DNA from: Octopus vulgaris | Lineage: Eukaryota | Length of the DNA stretch: 64,000 nt | Direction of reading: 5' to 3' | NCBI GenBank assembly: GCA_951406725.2 | Contig: OX597819.1 | Coordinates: forward strand, 2,728,001 to 2,792,000 | In this document: positions 12,081 through 24,789 of the stretch, piece by piece | Position numbering within the stretch: position 1 is the first letter of the stretch | Layout of the letters: each line of letters starts with the position of its first letter | The notes under the pieces: generated by a model | What the model was told of the DNA's origin: nothing | The model's input: only the letters and a program-made list of their open reading frames with translations | Databases searched by the model: none | Program-made: the position numbers and the translations under genes

Positions 12081-15000
12081 TCTGCACACTGCCTCGACTT
12101 TGCACCAGCAAGCACACCCTGCATGCTACTTCAGCTTCGCACCGGCTGGAATATCTTGCAAACTGCCTCAGCTTTGCACCGGCTAGCACATCCTGCACAC
12201 TGCCTCAGCTTTGCACCGGTTGGCACATCCTGCACACTGCCTCAGCTTTGAACCAGCTTGCACATCCTAAACACGGCCTCAGCTTCCCATCAGTTGGCAC
12301 ATCCTAAACACTGCTTCACCTTTGCACCGGTTGGCACATCCTGAAAACTGCCTCAGCTTTGCACCGGTTGGCACTCCTGTACACTGCCTCAGCTTTGCAC
12401 CAGCTGACACATCCTAAACACTGCCTTAGCTTTGCATCGGTTGGCACATCCTAAACACTGCCTCAGCTTTGCACCGGCTGGCACATCCTAAACACTGCCT
12501 TAGCTTTGCACCAGCTGACACATCCTAAACACTGCCTTAGCTTTGCACCGGTTGGCACATCCTAAACACTGCCTCAGCTTTGCACCGGCTGGCACATCCT
12601 AAACACTGCCTTAGCTTTGCACCAGCTGACACATCCTAAACACTGCCTTAGCTTTGCACCGGTTGGCACATCCTAAACACTGCCTCAGCTTTGCACCGGT
12701 TGGCACATCCTAAACACTGCCTTAGCTTTGCACCAGCTGACACATCCTAAACACTGCCTTAGCTTTGCACCGGTTGGCACATCCTAAACACTGCCTCAGC
12801 TTTGCACCGGCTGGTACATCCTGCACACCGCCTCAGCTTTGCACCGGTTGGCACATCCTGCACACCGCCTCAGCTTTGCACCGGTTGGCACATCCTAAAC
12901 ACTGCCTCACCTTCGCATCGGTTGGCACATCCTGCACACTGCCTCAGCTTTGCACCGGTTGGCACATCCTGCACACTGCCTCAGCTTTGCACCAGCTGGC
13001 ACATCCTAAACACTGCCTCAGCTTTGCACCGGTTGGCACATCCTAAACACTGCCTCAGCTTTGCACCGGCTGGCACATCCTGCACACCGCCTCAGCTTTG
13101 CACCGGTTGGCACATCCTAAGCACTGCCTTAGCTTTGCACCGGTTGGCACATCCTAAACACTGCCTCAGCTTTGCACCGGCTGGCACATCCTGCACACCG
13201 CCTCAGCTTTGCACCGATTGGCACATCCTAAGCACTGCCTTAGCTTTGCACCGGTTGGCACATCCTAAACACTGCCTTAGCTTTGCACCGGTTGGCACAT
13301 CCTGCACACCGCCTCAGCTTTGCACCGGTTGGCACATCCTAAGCACTGCCTCAGCTTTGCACCGGTTGGCACATCCTGCACACTGCCTCACCTTTTCACC
13401 GGCTGGCACATCCTGCACACTGCCTCAGCTTTGCACCGGTTGGCACATCCTAAACACTGCCTTAGCTTTGCACCAGCTGACACATCCTAAACACTGCCTT
13501 AGCTTTGCACCGGTTGGCACATCCTAAACACTGCCTCAGCTTTGCACCGGCTGGCACATCCTGCACACCGCCTCAGCTTTGCACCGGTTGGCACATCCTG
13601 CACACCGCCTCAGCTTTGCACCACCGGTTGTCACATCCTCAACACTGCCTCACCTTTGCACCGGTTGGCACATCCTGCACACTGCCTCAGCTTTGCACCA
13701 GCTGGCACATCCTAAACACTGCCTTAGCTTTGCACCAGTTGGCACATCCTAAACACTGCCTCAGCTTTGCACCGGCTGGCACATCCTGCACACCGCCTCA
13801 GCTTTGCACCGGTTGGCACATCCTAAGCACTGCCTTAGCTTTGCACCGGTTGGCACATCCTAAACACTGCCTCAGCTTTGCACCGGCTGGCACATCCTGC
13901 ACACCGCCTCAGCTTTGCACCGGTTGGCACATCCTAAGCACTGCCTTAGCTTTGCACCGGTTGGCACATCCTAAATACTGCCTCAGCTTTGCACCGGCTG
14001 GCACATACTGCACACCACCTCAGCTTTGCACCGGCAGGCACATCCTAAACACTGCCTCACCTTTGCACTGGCTGGCACATCCTGCACACTGCCTCAGCTT
14101 TGCACAGGTTGGCACATCCTGCACACTGCCTCAGCTTTGCACCAGCTGGCACATCCTAAACATCGCCTCTGATTTGCACAGGCTGGGACATCCTGAACAC
14201 TGCTTCAGTTTTGCACCAGCTGACATATCCTCAACACTGCCTCAGTTTTGCAGCAGCTGGCACATCCTCAACACTGCCTCAGCTTCGCACCAAGTGGCAC
14301 ATCCTGCACACTGCCACAGCTTTGCACTGGCTGGCACGTCCTGAACAATGCCTCAGCTTTGGACAGGATGGCACATCCTAAACACTGCCTCAGCTTCGGA
14401 CTGGATGGCACATCCTGAACAATACCTCAGCTTTGCACCGGTTGGCACATCCTGCACACTGCCTCAGCTTTGCACTGGATGGCACATCCTGAACAATGCC
14501 TCAGCTTTGCACTGGATGGCACATCCTGAACACTGCCTCACCTTTGCACCGGCTGGAACATCCTAAACACTGACTCAGCTTTGCACTGGATGGAACATCC
14601 TAAACAATGCCTCAGCTTTGCACTGGATGGCACATTTTAAACACTGCCTCAGCTTTGCACTGGATGGCACATCCTGAACAATGCCTCAGCGTTGCACTGT
14701 ATGGCACATCGTAAACACTGCCTCAGCTTTGCACCGGCTGGCATCTCCTGCACACTGCCTGAGTCTTGCACCAGCTGGCACATCCTGCATATAGCCTCAG
14801 CTTTGCACTGGCTGGCATATCTGGCACACTGCCTGAGTCTTGCACCGCCTGGCACATCCTAAACACTGCCTCAGCTTTACCCCAGCTGGCACATCCTGCC
14901 AAGGCCTCAGCTTTGCACCGGCTGGCTCATCCTAAAAAATACCTCAGTATTGCACCTGCTGGATCACCTTGCACACTGCCTCGGCTTTGCACCTGGCATC

Positions 15001-18000
15001 TCATGCACACTGCCTCAGCTTTGCACTGGCTGGCACATCCTAAATATTGCCTCAGCTTTGCACCAGCTGGCAAATCCTAAACACTGCCTCAGCTTTGAAA
15101 TTGCTGGCATCTCATGCACACTGCCTCATCTTTGCACCGGCTGGCACATCTTGAACACTGCCTCAGCTTTGCACTGGCTGGCACATCCTGCACACTGCCT
15201 CATTTTTGCACTGGCTGACACATCCTGAACACTGCCTCAGCTTTGCACTGGCTGGCACATCCTGCACACTGCCTCATCTTTGCACTAGATGGCACATCCT
15301 GCACACTGCCTCAGCTTTGCACTGGCTGGCACATCCTGCACACTGCCTCATCTTTGCACTGGATGGCACATCCTGCACACTGCCTCAGCTTTGCACTGGC
15401 TGGCACATTCTGCACACTGCCTCAGCTTTGCACTGGATGGCACATCCTAAACACACTGCCTCAGCTTTGCACTGGCTGGCACATCCTAAATATTGCCTCA
15501 GCTTTGAAATTGCTGGCATCTAATACACACTGCCTCAGCTTTGCACTGGCTGGCACATCCTGCACACTGCCTCATCTTTGCACTGGATGGCACATCCTGA
15601 ACACTGCCTCAGCTTTGCACCAGCTGGCACATCCTAAATATTGCCTCAGCTTTGAAATTGCTGGCAAATCCTAAACACTGCCTCAGCTTTGCACTGGATG
15701 GCACATCCTGCACACTGCCTCAGCTTTGCACTGGATGGCACATCCTGCACACTGCCTCATCTTTGCACTGGATGGCACATCCTGCACACTGCCTCAGCTT
15801 TGCACTGGATGGCACATCCTGCACACTGCCTCAGCTTTGCACTGGCTGGCACATCCTGCACACTGCCTCATCTTTGCACTGGATGGCACATCCTGCACAC
15901 TGCCTCAGCTTTGCACTGGCTGGCACATTCTGCACACTGCCTCATCTTTGCACTGGCTGGCACATCCTGCACACTGCCTCATCTTTGCACTGGCTGGCAC
16001 ATCCTGCACACTGCCTCATCTTTGCACCGGTTGGCACATCCTGCACACTGCCTCAGCTTTGCACTGGCTGGCACATCCTGCACACTGCCTCATCTTTGCA
16101 CCGGTTGGCACATCCTGCACACTGCCTCATCTTTGCACCGGTTGGCACATCCTGCACACTGCCTCATCTTTGCACTGGATGGCACATCCTGCACACTGCC
16201 TCAGCTTTGCACTGGCTGGCACATCCTGCACACTGCCTCATCTTTGCACCGGTTGGCACATCCTGCACACTGCCTCATCTTTGCACTGGATGGCACATCC
16301 TGCACACTGCCTCAGCTTTGCACTGGCTGGCACATCCTGCACACTGCCTCATCTTTGCACCGGTTGGCACATCCTGCACACTGCCTCAGCTTTGCACTGG
16401 CTGGCACATCCTGCACACTGCCTCATCTTTGCACTGGCTGGCACATCCTGCACACTGCCTCATCTTTGCACTGGATGGCACATCCTGCACACTGCCTCAT
16501 CTTTGCACTGGCTGGCACATCCTAAATATTGCCTCAGCTTTGAAATTGCTGGCATCTCATGCACACTGCCTCAGCTTTGCACTGGCTGGCACATCCTGCA
16601 CACTGCCTCATCTTTGCACTGGATGACACATCCTGCACACTGCCTCATCTTTGCACTGGCTGGCACATCCTGCACACTGCCTCATCTTTGCACCGGTTGG
16701 CACATCCTGCACACTGCCTCAGCTTTGCACTGGATGGCACATCCTGCACACTGCCTCAGCTTTGCACTGGCTGGCACATCCTGCACACTGCCTCATCTTT
16801 GCACCGGTTGGCACATCCTGCACACTGCCTCATCTTTGCACCGGTTGGCACATCCTGCACACTGCCTCATCTTTGCACCGGTTGGCACATCCTGCACACT
16901 GCCTCATCTTTGCACTGGCTGGCACATCCTGCACACTGCCTCATCTTTGCACAGGATGGCACATCCTGCACACTGCCTCAGCTTTGCACTGGATGGCACA
17001 TCCTGCACACTGCCTCAGCTTTGCACTGGCTGGCACATCCTGCACACTGCCTCATCTTTGCACCGGTTGGCACATCCTGCACACTGCCTCATCTTTGCAC
17101 TGGCTGGCACATCCTGCACACTGCCTCATCTTTGCACTGGATGGCACATCCTGCACACTGCCTCATCTTTGCACTGGCTGGCACATCCTGCACACTGCCT
17201 CATCTTTGCACTGGATGGCACATCCTGCACACTGCCTCATCTTTGCACTGGATGGCACATCCTGCACACTGCCTCAGCTTTGCACTGGCTGGCACATCCT
17301 GCACACTGCCTCATCTTTGCACCGGTTGGCACATCCTGCACACTGCCTCATCTTTGCACTGGATGGCACATCCTGCACACTGCCTCATCTTTGCACTGGA
17401 TGGCACATCCTGCACACTGCCTCAGCTTTGCACTGGATGGCACATCCTGCACACTGCCTCATCTTTGCACTGGCTGGCACATCCTGCACACTGCCTCATC
17501 TTTGCACTGGATGGCACATCCTGCACACTGCCTCAGCTTTGCACTGGCTGGCACATCCTGCACACTGCCTCATCTTTGCACTGGATGGCACATCCTGCAC
17601 ACTGCCTCATCTTTGCACTGGATGGCACATCCTGCACACTGCCTCAGCTTTGCACTGGCTGGCACATCCTGCACACTGCCTCATCTTTGCACTGGATGGC
17701 ACATCCTGCACACTGCCTCATCTTTGCACTGGCTGGCACATCCTGCACACTGCCTCATCTTTGCACTGGTTGGCACATCCTGCACACTGCCTCATCTTTG
17801 CACTGGCTGGCACATCCTGCACACTGCCTCATCTTTGCACTGGCTGGCACATCCTGCACACTGCCTCATCTTTGCACCGGTTGGCACATCCTGCACACTG
17901 CCTCATCTTTGCACTGGATGGCACATCCTGCACACTGCCTCATCTTTGCACTGGATGGCACATCCTGCACACTGCCTCAGCTTTGCACTGGCTGGCACAT

Positions 18001-18423
18001 CCTGCACACTGCCTCATCTTTGCACCGGTTGGCACATCCTGCACACTGCCTCAGTTTTGCACTGGATGGCACATCCTGCACACTGCCTCATCTTTGCACC
18101 GGTTGGCACATCCTGCACACTGCCTCAGCTTTGCACTGGCTGGCACATCCTAAACACTGCCTCAGCTTTGAAATTGCTGGCATCTCATGCACACTGCCTC
18201 ATCTTTGCACCGGCTGGCACATCTTGAACACTGCCTCATCTTTGCACCGGTTGGCACATCCTGCACACTGCCTCAGTTTTGCACTGGCTGGCACATCCTG
18301 CACACTGCCTCATCTTTGCACCGGTTGGCACATCCTGCACACTGCCTCAGTTTTGCACCGGTTGGCACATCCTGCACACTGCCTCATCTTTGCACTGGAT
18401 GGCACATCCTGCACACTGCCTTA
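12081..18423. repeat. 37-bp tandem satellite, about 170 copies
   Basis: Unit about CACACTGCCTCA(G/T)CTTTGCAC(T/C)GG(C/A/T)TGGCACATCCTG, head-to-tail with no spacers. Confidence 0.97.
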
Positions 18424-19319
18424 GTCTTGTATCACATACATTCATACAGACACTGTACATAAACATGAATGCTGCTACATTATTTTTACTTGTCCTGAAA
18501 GTTTATTTGCATGAATTTTCACTTGTTTTTATCAACTTTCAGTCTGCGGAGGGGTATTGTAGGCTGCCAGGAGGGATTTATTTTGTCATGGCGAAGTAAC
18601 ACGCCATGCTACATCCACTTCGAAGCATAAGAGCTGGCTGTAGAAGAATACATGTGGCGGCTTCCACCTTGAGTATCGTGCGCTTTTTGAAAGAGCTATT
18701 CTAGTGCAGCTCAGCCAACGTAATGTTAACATCACATTTTGATACGCGAGCATGACTCTAAAATCAACTATGCCATGCAACTCCTGGTATCATTGAAGTC
18801 ACGAAGGGCCATCCTTTAGTAAACTTGTTGAAACTCTTTTTTCATCCAACACTAGCAATTGTACATTCTGTTCCCAGACATTTTATTCAACATTTACTTA
18901 AAAATTCTAATATCACTTACTACTGCTTACTAATATCACTTACTACCTCACCAGAAATAAAGAATGTTGATTCGTTCATACATTCACCTTGTGACTTTCT
19001 TTGATATTCTATTATAAACAAAACTCACAACAGAACACTCTAGACAACTCACTACATTGGTGGCACATGCTACATATTCTTGTATTCTCTGTAGGATTTT
19101 TTAAAGGTGGCTTTGAAAATTGGCTTATCCGTTTGTGAAAAGGTAGACAGCAATGTTGCATGCCATAACATTTGACTAAAAGGGTTATTGAAGGGAAGGA
19201 CATCCAGCTGTAAAACTCTCTCTCAGAAAACTTGTTCAAACCATGCCAACATAGAAATGGGGACGTAAAATAATGATGATGATGTCATTATCTGTAGTTA
19301 TCTATCGTTATCTTGCCCA

Positions 19320-19850
19320 GGATATTAATCATCTGGAAACCATTCAACGACATGCAACCAAGAGAATACCCTCCATCAGGCATTTGTCATATTCTGAATG
19401 CCTTACTTCCCTGGGCATGGACACATTGAAACTCTGACGTGTGGCAGCTGACTTGGCAGACAACCATAAAATTATCAACCATCTTACAAACAATAACTCT
19501 GAGCACCTTTTCAAACTCCACCTGTCTAACACCCGTGGACATGTCAGAAAACAGCACAACTCCCATGACTTTTGGAAACATTTTTTCACGTTAAGAGTTG
19601 CTGAAGCATGGAACAAACTGCCGGCATCAGTTGTTAGTTGTCGGAGCACTGCATCCTTCAAAACTTCCATGCTTCCTGAGATTCGCCGACACTACACCTT
19701 ATTGTCTCCCCTCCATACACACGCAAGCATGTACCTGACTCATACACTGTTCGCTTTCCAGACATTTGTACATTACTGCATATGCTTTATATGCACTTTT
19801 GACAAGTTGTGGTGCACCTGAGCACTGTATACAATAATTTCATTATTATT
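19320..19850 (+). mobile_element. CR1-type LINE 3' fragment
   Basis: RT C-terminal motifs TRGH...FFTLRVAEAWNKLP...SFK. Ends in an (ATT)n tail. Confidence 0.85.
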
Positions 19851-20097
19851 TTTGTTTAATAATGTGAATGGCTCGGCATACTTTAAGATACACCAGAATT
19901 AACAGATATTAATGACTTGTAGGGGTGTGGTATTTCGTTATGCAACCATCATATACTATGAAATATATTGAATGTGTTTTATAAGTCAATACAGTGTTCT
20001 ACTGTGTTAGAAGTGTGCTTTACATCACTTGTTACGGTTATCTCTGTAGATATGTTAATGTAAAGCAATGTGTTTGTGGATGATTAAGGGGTTAGAT

Positions 20098-20142
20098 GGA
20101 TGCTGATGAAGGAGCAAATACTCCCGAAATATGGTATATATG
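20098..20142 (+). ncRNA. Minimal hammerhead-like motif
   Basis: ATG-CTGATGA-A-GGAG(CAAATA)CTCC-C-GAAA-TATGGTATA-TAT. Stems I and III are weak. Confidence 0.5.
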
Positions 20143-20290
20143 CCTGTTACCCTCTCTTCATCTTCGATCTCATTGTTTCTTCAGACGTCTCGAATACGTA
20201 AAGTCGTAACCAAAATCAGTGCTGGCAATAATTTGCGTAGGGTGGCTATAGAGACCACCTCAACACAAATTAACAGAATGACTTCTTTCT

Positions 20291-20759
20291 CTCTTTTACT
20301 CGTTTACTTGTTTCAGTCATTTGACTGCGGCCATGCTGGAGCACCGCTTTTAGTCGAGCAAATCGACCCTGGGACTTATTCTTTGTAAGCCTAGTACTTA
20401 TTCTATCAGTCTCTTTTGCCGAACCGCTAAGTTATGGGGACGTAAACACACCACCATCGGTTGTCAAGCAATGTTGGGGGGGTCAAACACAAACACACAC
20501 ATACATATATACATACATACATATATATATTATATATAACACACACATACATACATACATATATTTTATATATATATATATATATACACATATATACGAC
20601 GGGCTTCTTTCAGTTTCCATCTACCAAATCCACTCACAAGGCTTTGGTCAGCCCAAGGCTATAGTAGAAGACACTTGCCCAAGGTGCCACGCAGTGGGAA
20701 TGAACCCGGAACCATGTGGTTGGTAAGCAAGCTACTTACCACACAGCCACTCCTGCGCC
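20291..20759 (-). mobile_element. tRNA-derived octopus-type SINE with internal microsatellite
   Basis: tRNA-like head with A/B-like boxes, CORE-like CCTTGGGCAAGT, (TA/CA)n, and tail CCAGCATGGCCGCAGTCAAATGACTGAAAC. Multiple copies in the window. Confidence 0.9.
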
Positions 20760-21049
20760 TAACAAAATTTCTAATCTATGAGATAGACGGAAGGCAGAGA
20801 ATTAACCAAAATGTTCCCATACTAAATACAACTGAAGGTGAGAAATGGATGCTGGTGTCAAGGGAAGCAACTTTGCTAGGCCTGAAATTCGGTTACTGGG
20901 GGGGGGGGTCAGTAATATATGATTTATCTGTGGCTGGGTACGACAAGGTAACAAAAAAATAACTGAAAAGAGATGAGTCATATGTATCAAAGAAAGGGAT
21001 TTTTTAATATAAACTATTCTCATGACAGTTGCCATAGAGAAAGTTGGGA

Positions 21050-21287
21050 TACTACTTGAGAACAGTGGTCCCGGTGCTCGCACTCGCGTACTCGCGCAAG
21101 CTAGTCATGACTAGTCGATCTTTACTTTGTGTTTTTGTGTTTTATTTACTTTGTTTAACAAAAATTATTTATTTTGTGTTTTATTTACTTTGCTAGGTAG
21201 TCGTTTTGGATCGACTAGTCACGACTAGCTAGCGAGGATGCGCGACTACGCGAGTGCGCGTACCGCGACCACTGTTCTCAAGTAGTA
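21050..21287. mobile_element. CpG-rich MITE with about 70-bp imperfect TIRs
   Basis: TACTACTTGAGAACAGTGGTC...GACCACTGTTCTCAAGTAGTA, with a T-rich duplicated spacer. The terminal TA may be the TSD. Confidence 0.75.
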
Positions 21288-23264
21288 CCGAAAGTTTAGA
21301 ATAACAGGTCTAATTGGTTGGACTCGGAGTGTACGTCAGCATCCAAAAAGTAATTTCTTGCATTATTTATCATTCATTTCTTCAATGAATTCATCTCTTC
21401 TAATTTTTCCGATTATTAATTATTGTTAGATTGTCCGGTGAGCCCCCGAATTCATTTTTACTGGTGATAAATAAAACTGCACGTCGTGAACAACTTCCCA
21501 ATTAAAATATGCACATTGTATGGTGTAAATGTTTCTTCTGATCTTGTAGTGTATTCGCTTTGCATCAGACTTTCGAAGACATCACTTCTCAATGCAACAT
21601 ACTATTGTTATCGATCAGATACTACTCATATCTCTTATGCTAATTTAGCACTTGAAATGTTTGTTTATAGTTTGCAGTGCTATTTCTAGCTGGGTTTATA
21701 GAATCTATGATCGTTGTTTTTGAAGGTATGCATCAAGGATTTATACACATATTGATGGTTGGCGGTTGTTTAAAGAATATTTTTACATCTGAACCTGTGT
21801 ACAAGTGGGTTAAATCGAATGCTTGTAATTGTTTAGCAAAAACTTCGGGCCTGTTTTGAGGAATCTGATTTTTAGTTATCAAATTAAATTTCCAACCGAT
21901 TTATATATGGGGACTCTTTTCTAAGCACATCTATGCATATAAACAGACCTGACCTCTTCTAACTGCAACAATTACTCTCCAACACTGCAGTGTATTTTTT
22001 TAATGAGATTAGATTTGCCGCAATAGCAAATTGATTAATTTCGTCGGCAAAATTCCACTTTCCATTAACATAATTATTTTTGTATTTAATTCATAAAACA
22101 TCAGAAATAAATAACAACACTAACATTTCATCCGATTTTGATTCAAAGAGGGAAAAAAAAACATTAGTTTTCAAAAGAAAAATATTAACATGTAAAAGAA
22201 AAATTGCATGATGAAATTAAGTTTACTTTCAGGCTCTCACTCTCTCCAGCTCTCAAAGAATCGATATGAGCAGAAAGATAAATAAATAGAAACCAAAACA
22301 ATATGCACTTAATAATAAGTGAAGAGACTAGTGTTACCAGAATGTCTATAATGAGTTAAGTTTCTCACAGTCACTTGAACTCTTGGCACAAATAGAATGT
22401 TTAGAGAAAGTTGAAGGCAGGAAACATAAAACAATAGGAAAATTATTGGCCTTACCTCAAGGAATAAGCGAGTTTTAAATAAGTGGGTGGCAGATATTCA
22501 CTTGAAATCCAAGCGCGAAGAAAGAATAACAAAATGATGTGATATTATTTGAACTGAAATATTAAGTGTCCTTTCAGGATACAATGAGGGGGGAATTTAT
22601 ATCAGATGGTGCTTGAATATTTGCCCAGTATGTTTACTTTGAATATAAAGCACTGATAGGTAAAATAATTTCAAACTTGATCTCAGCAGTGTAGAGACGA
22701 GTGGCCCAACTTTTGACACTGACACTTGAAGTTTATTGTTACAGTGCTAAAGGCATTTCGCCCGGCGTGCTGACGTTTCTGCAAGTCACCGCCCTTTGTG
22801 GGAAGAATCAGATGGTCGTGAGATATGTTAAAAATGACAGCTAAATCGCCCTTAAATCACATACAAAAGAATTTCTTTTTCATAATCGTATGAATTCCCG
22901 TTTTCTGAAAATTCCAAAAGATAAAAAAGTTATGAGGGATTATATAGGGCCCTTAAATCCTATGTATTCTACCAAGTTGTGTACATTTCACATTTAGATC
23001 TAACCTTTCAATAATCGAATATTGAGCGGTTGGACTGTGAGATTTTTGACTCCTTTGAAGTCCTAATTCGTTGATGTATGAAAGGTGCCGGCTAATCCAT
23101 TGCTCTCACCTTCACAAGTGCTGTAATGCCATGACTGTTTTCAGGAGTCTCAAAACTTTTTTTAGAGGGAAACATCTGTTTCCTCTGATACAATATTATA
23201 ATTGAGGAAGTGTGCGTGTTTCTACTTTGATTATCGAATAACTAATTCCCCCATTTATTTTGCC

Positions 23265-23584
23265 GGTAAAATTACAGATTAACACCCGCCCGATTTTCAC
23301 TAAGAAAAAAAAAAAACTGATTTTTTGGGCTGCCCCGCCCCCCACCCTTCCGAACCTAAATATGGGATTTCCAGCATATTACGAGGTCACAGTACTTGAT
23401 TCCACGCAAAAAATCAGAGTTCTTTTTTGTGTGAAAATTCCGCCCGGGGGGGATATTACCAATTCCGAACCAAAATATGGGATTTCCAGCATATTAGGAG
23501 GTCTGGGTACTTGATTCCACGCAAAATATCCGAGTTTTTTTTTTCTTAGTGAAAATTGTGCGGGTGTTAATCTGTAATTCTACC
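23265..23584. mobile_element. MITE with 8-bp TSD, Merlin-like
   Basis: TIR GGTAAAATTACAGATTAACACCCGC. TSD ATTTTGCC at 23257-23264 and 23585-23592. Internal tandem duplication of about 110 bp. Confidence 0.8.
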
Positions 23585-23714
23585 ATTTTGCCTTTTTCTT
23601 ACTGTTTACTTTTGTAAACTATTGTTTTTCGCTCAATTTTAACTTCATTTATGCATATGTGGCTAAAAGATGAGAGTCTTTTTTTTTTAATACATAAAAC
23701 AACGAACATTGACT

Positions 23715-23858
23715 TACGAGGGACGTTCAATAAGTAATGCCCCTGACCCACTTCCCATAGCAGTAGAGCAACGAAACTTGGCACAGTTATTAGTCTTTTT
23801 CTACATAGGAACCACCCAGAGTTACGCATTTCTCCCATCGTTTGATGCGGCTCTGGAG
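23715..23858 (-). mobile_element. mariner 3'-end fragment
   Basis: TA-CGAGGG...TTCAATAAGTAATGC terminus, homologous to 40573-40720. Confidence 0.7.
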
Positions 23859-23859
23859 A

Positions 23860-24005
23860 CATTAGGAAGGGCATCCAGCTGTTAGAGACTCTGCCAGATC
23901 AGACTGGAGCCTGGCGCAGCCATCTGGTTTGCCAGTACTCAGTCAAATCGTCCAACCCATGCTAGCATGGAAAGCAGACGTTAAATGATGATGATGATGA
24001 TGATG
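23860..24005 (+). mobile_element. RTE-related 3' UTR/SINE fragment with (GAT)n tail
   Basis: TTAGGAAGGGCATCCAGC...CATGCTAGCATGGAAAG...GATGATGAT, recurring in the window. Confidence 0.75.
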
Positions 24006-24789
24006 TTTAAAAACTGAAAATTTTTGTAACTTTAACCAATAAGATTTATCCATTCTCAACATCTCATCCATCAGTTGAGGTTATTTGTAAATGTCTCCAT
24101 AGCAAATTATTGAAACCATTTTGGAATTAGGGATCAAAGTTTAGGTTTAGGTTTTAATGTTAGAGTTTAGGTTAAGGTTAAGGTTTATAGTGCATCACAA
24201 AATTCCATTACAAACGTTAATTTGTTGTTTTCTTTGATTAAATATTTTCATTGTTCTGTAATTTCTCAAAAATTGTAATTTGTAATGATTGTCATTCAAA
24301 AGTGTTGTCTTTCAAAAACGAAAGCAAAACACATGATCAAAAAACATTAGATCTGATTGACTAAAATTTCTAAACATTTCAGTCTTTAAAGGTTTCTTAT
24401 TTTTGTGATGGTGTGAACTCGGCTAGCTGGTGGTGGCAGTAAGCTGGGATGGTGTATTGAGAGGTAATTAGTGGTATGTGCCTTTTTCACTAGAAGGTGT
24501 CACTTTGCATGTGGGAACCCAAAAGAAAAGAGTAAAGCTTGATTCCTCTGCAGCCATTGGTAGATGCACATTCTGCTTCTTCACAGTGGGACCCAGAACC
24601 TTCTTTGTTCTGTATGAGCACCCTGGAGAATTGTTGTTGAAGGTTTGTGGCTTAGGAAAGCATGCAAGCATTTTCTGTTGTTCGCCTGCAATAACTCAGC
24701 TCATAACTGGAAAAATTATGTCAAGCAAGGTAAAAATAAATGGTTATGTAAAAAGGTAGTTTAGTGGCAAGGGAGATGTGATTCTATGA

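Noticed and set aside
12081-18423. CRISPR array (37-bp repeats)
   Set aside because: Repeats are head-to-tail with no unique spacers, there are no cas genes, and the context is eukaryotic.
12765-18599. Long His/Cys-rich ORFs (up to 833 aa)
   Set aside because: The same peptide cycles through all three frames because the 37-bp unit lacks plus-strand stops. This is a satellite artefact.
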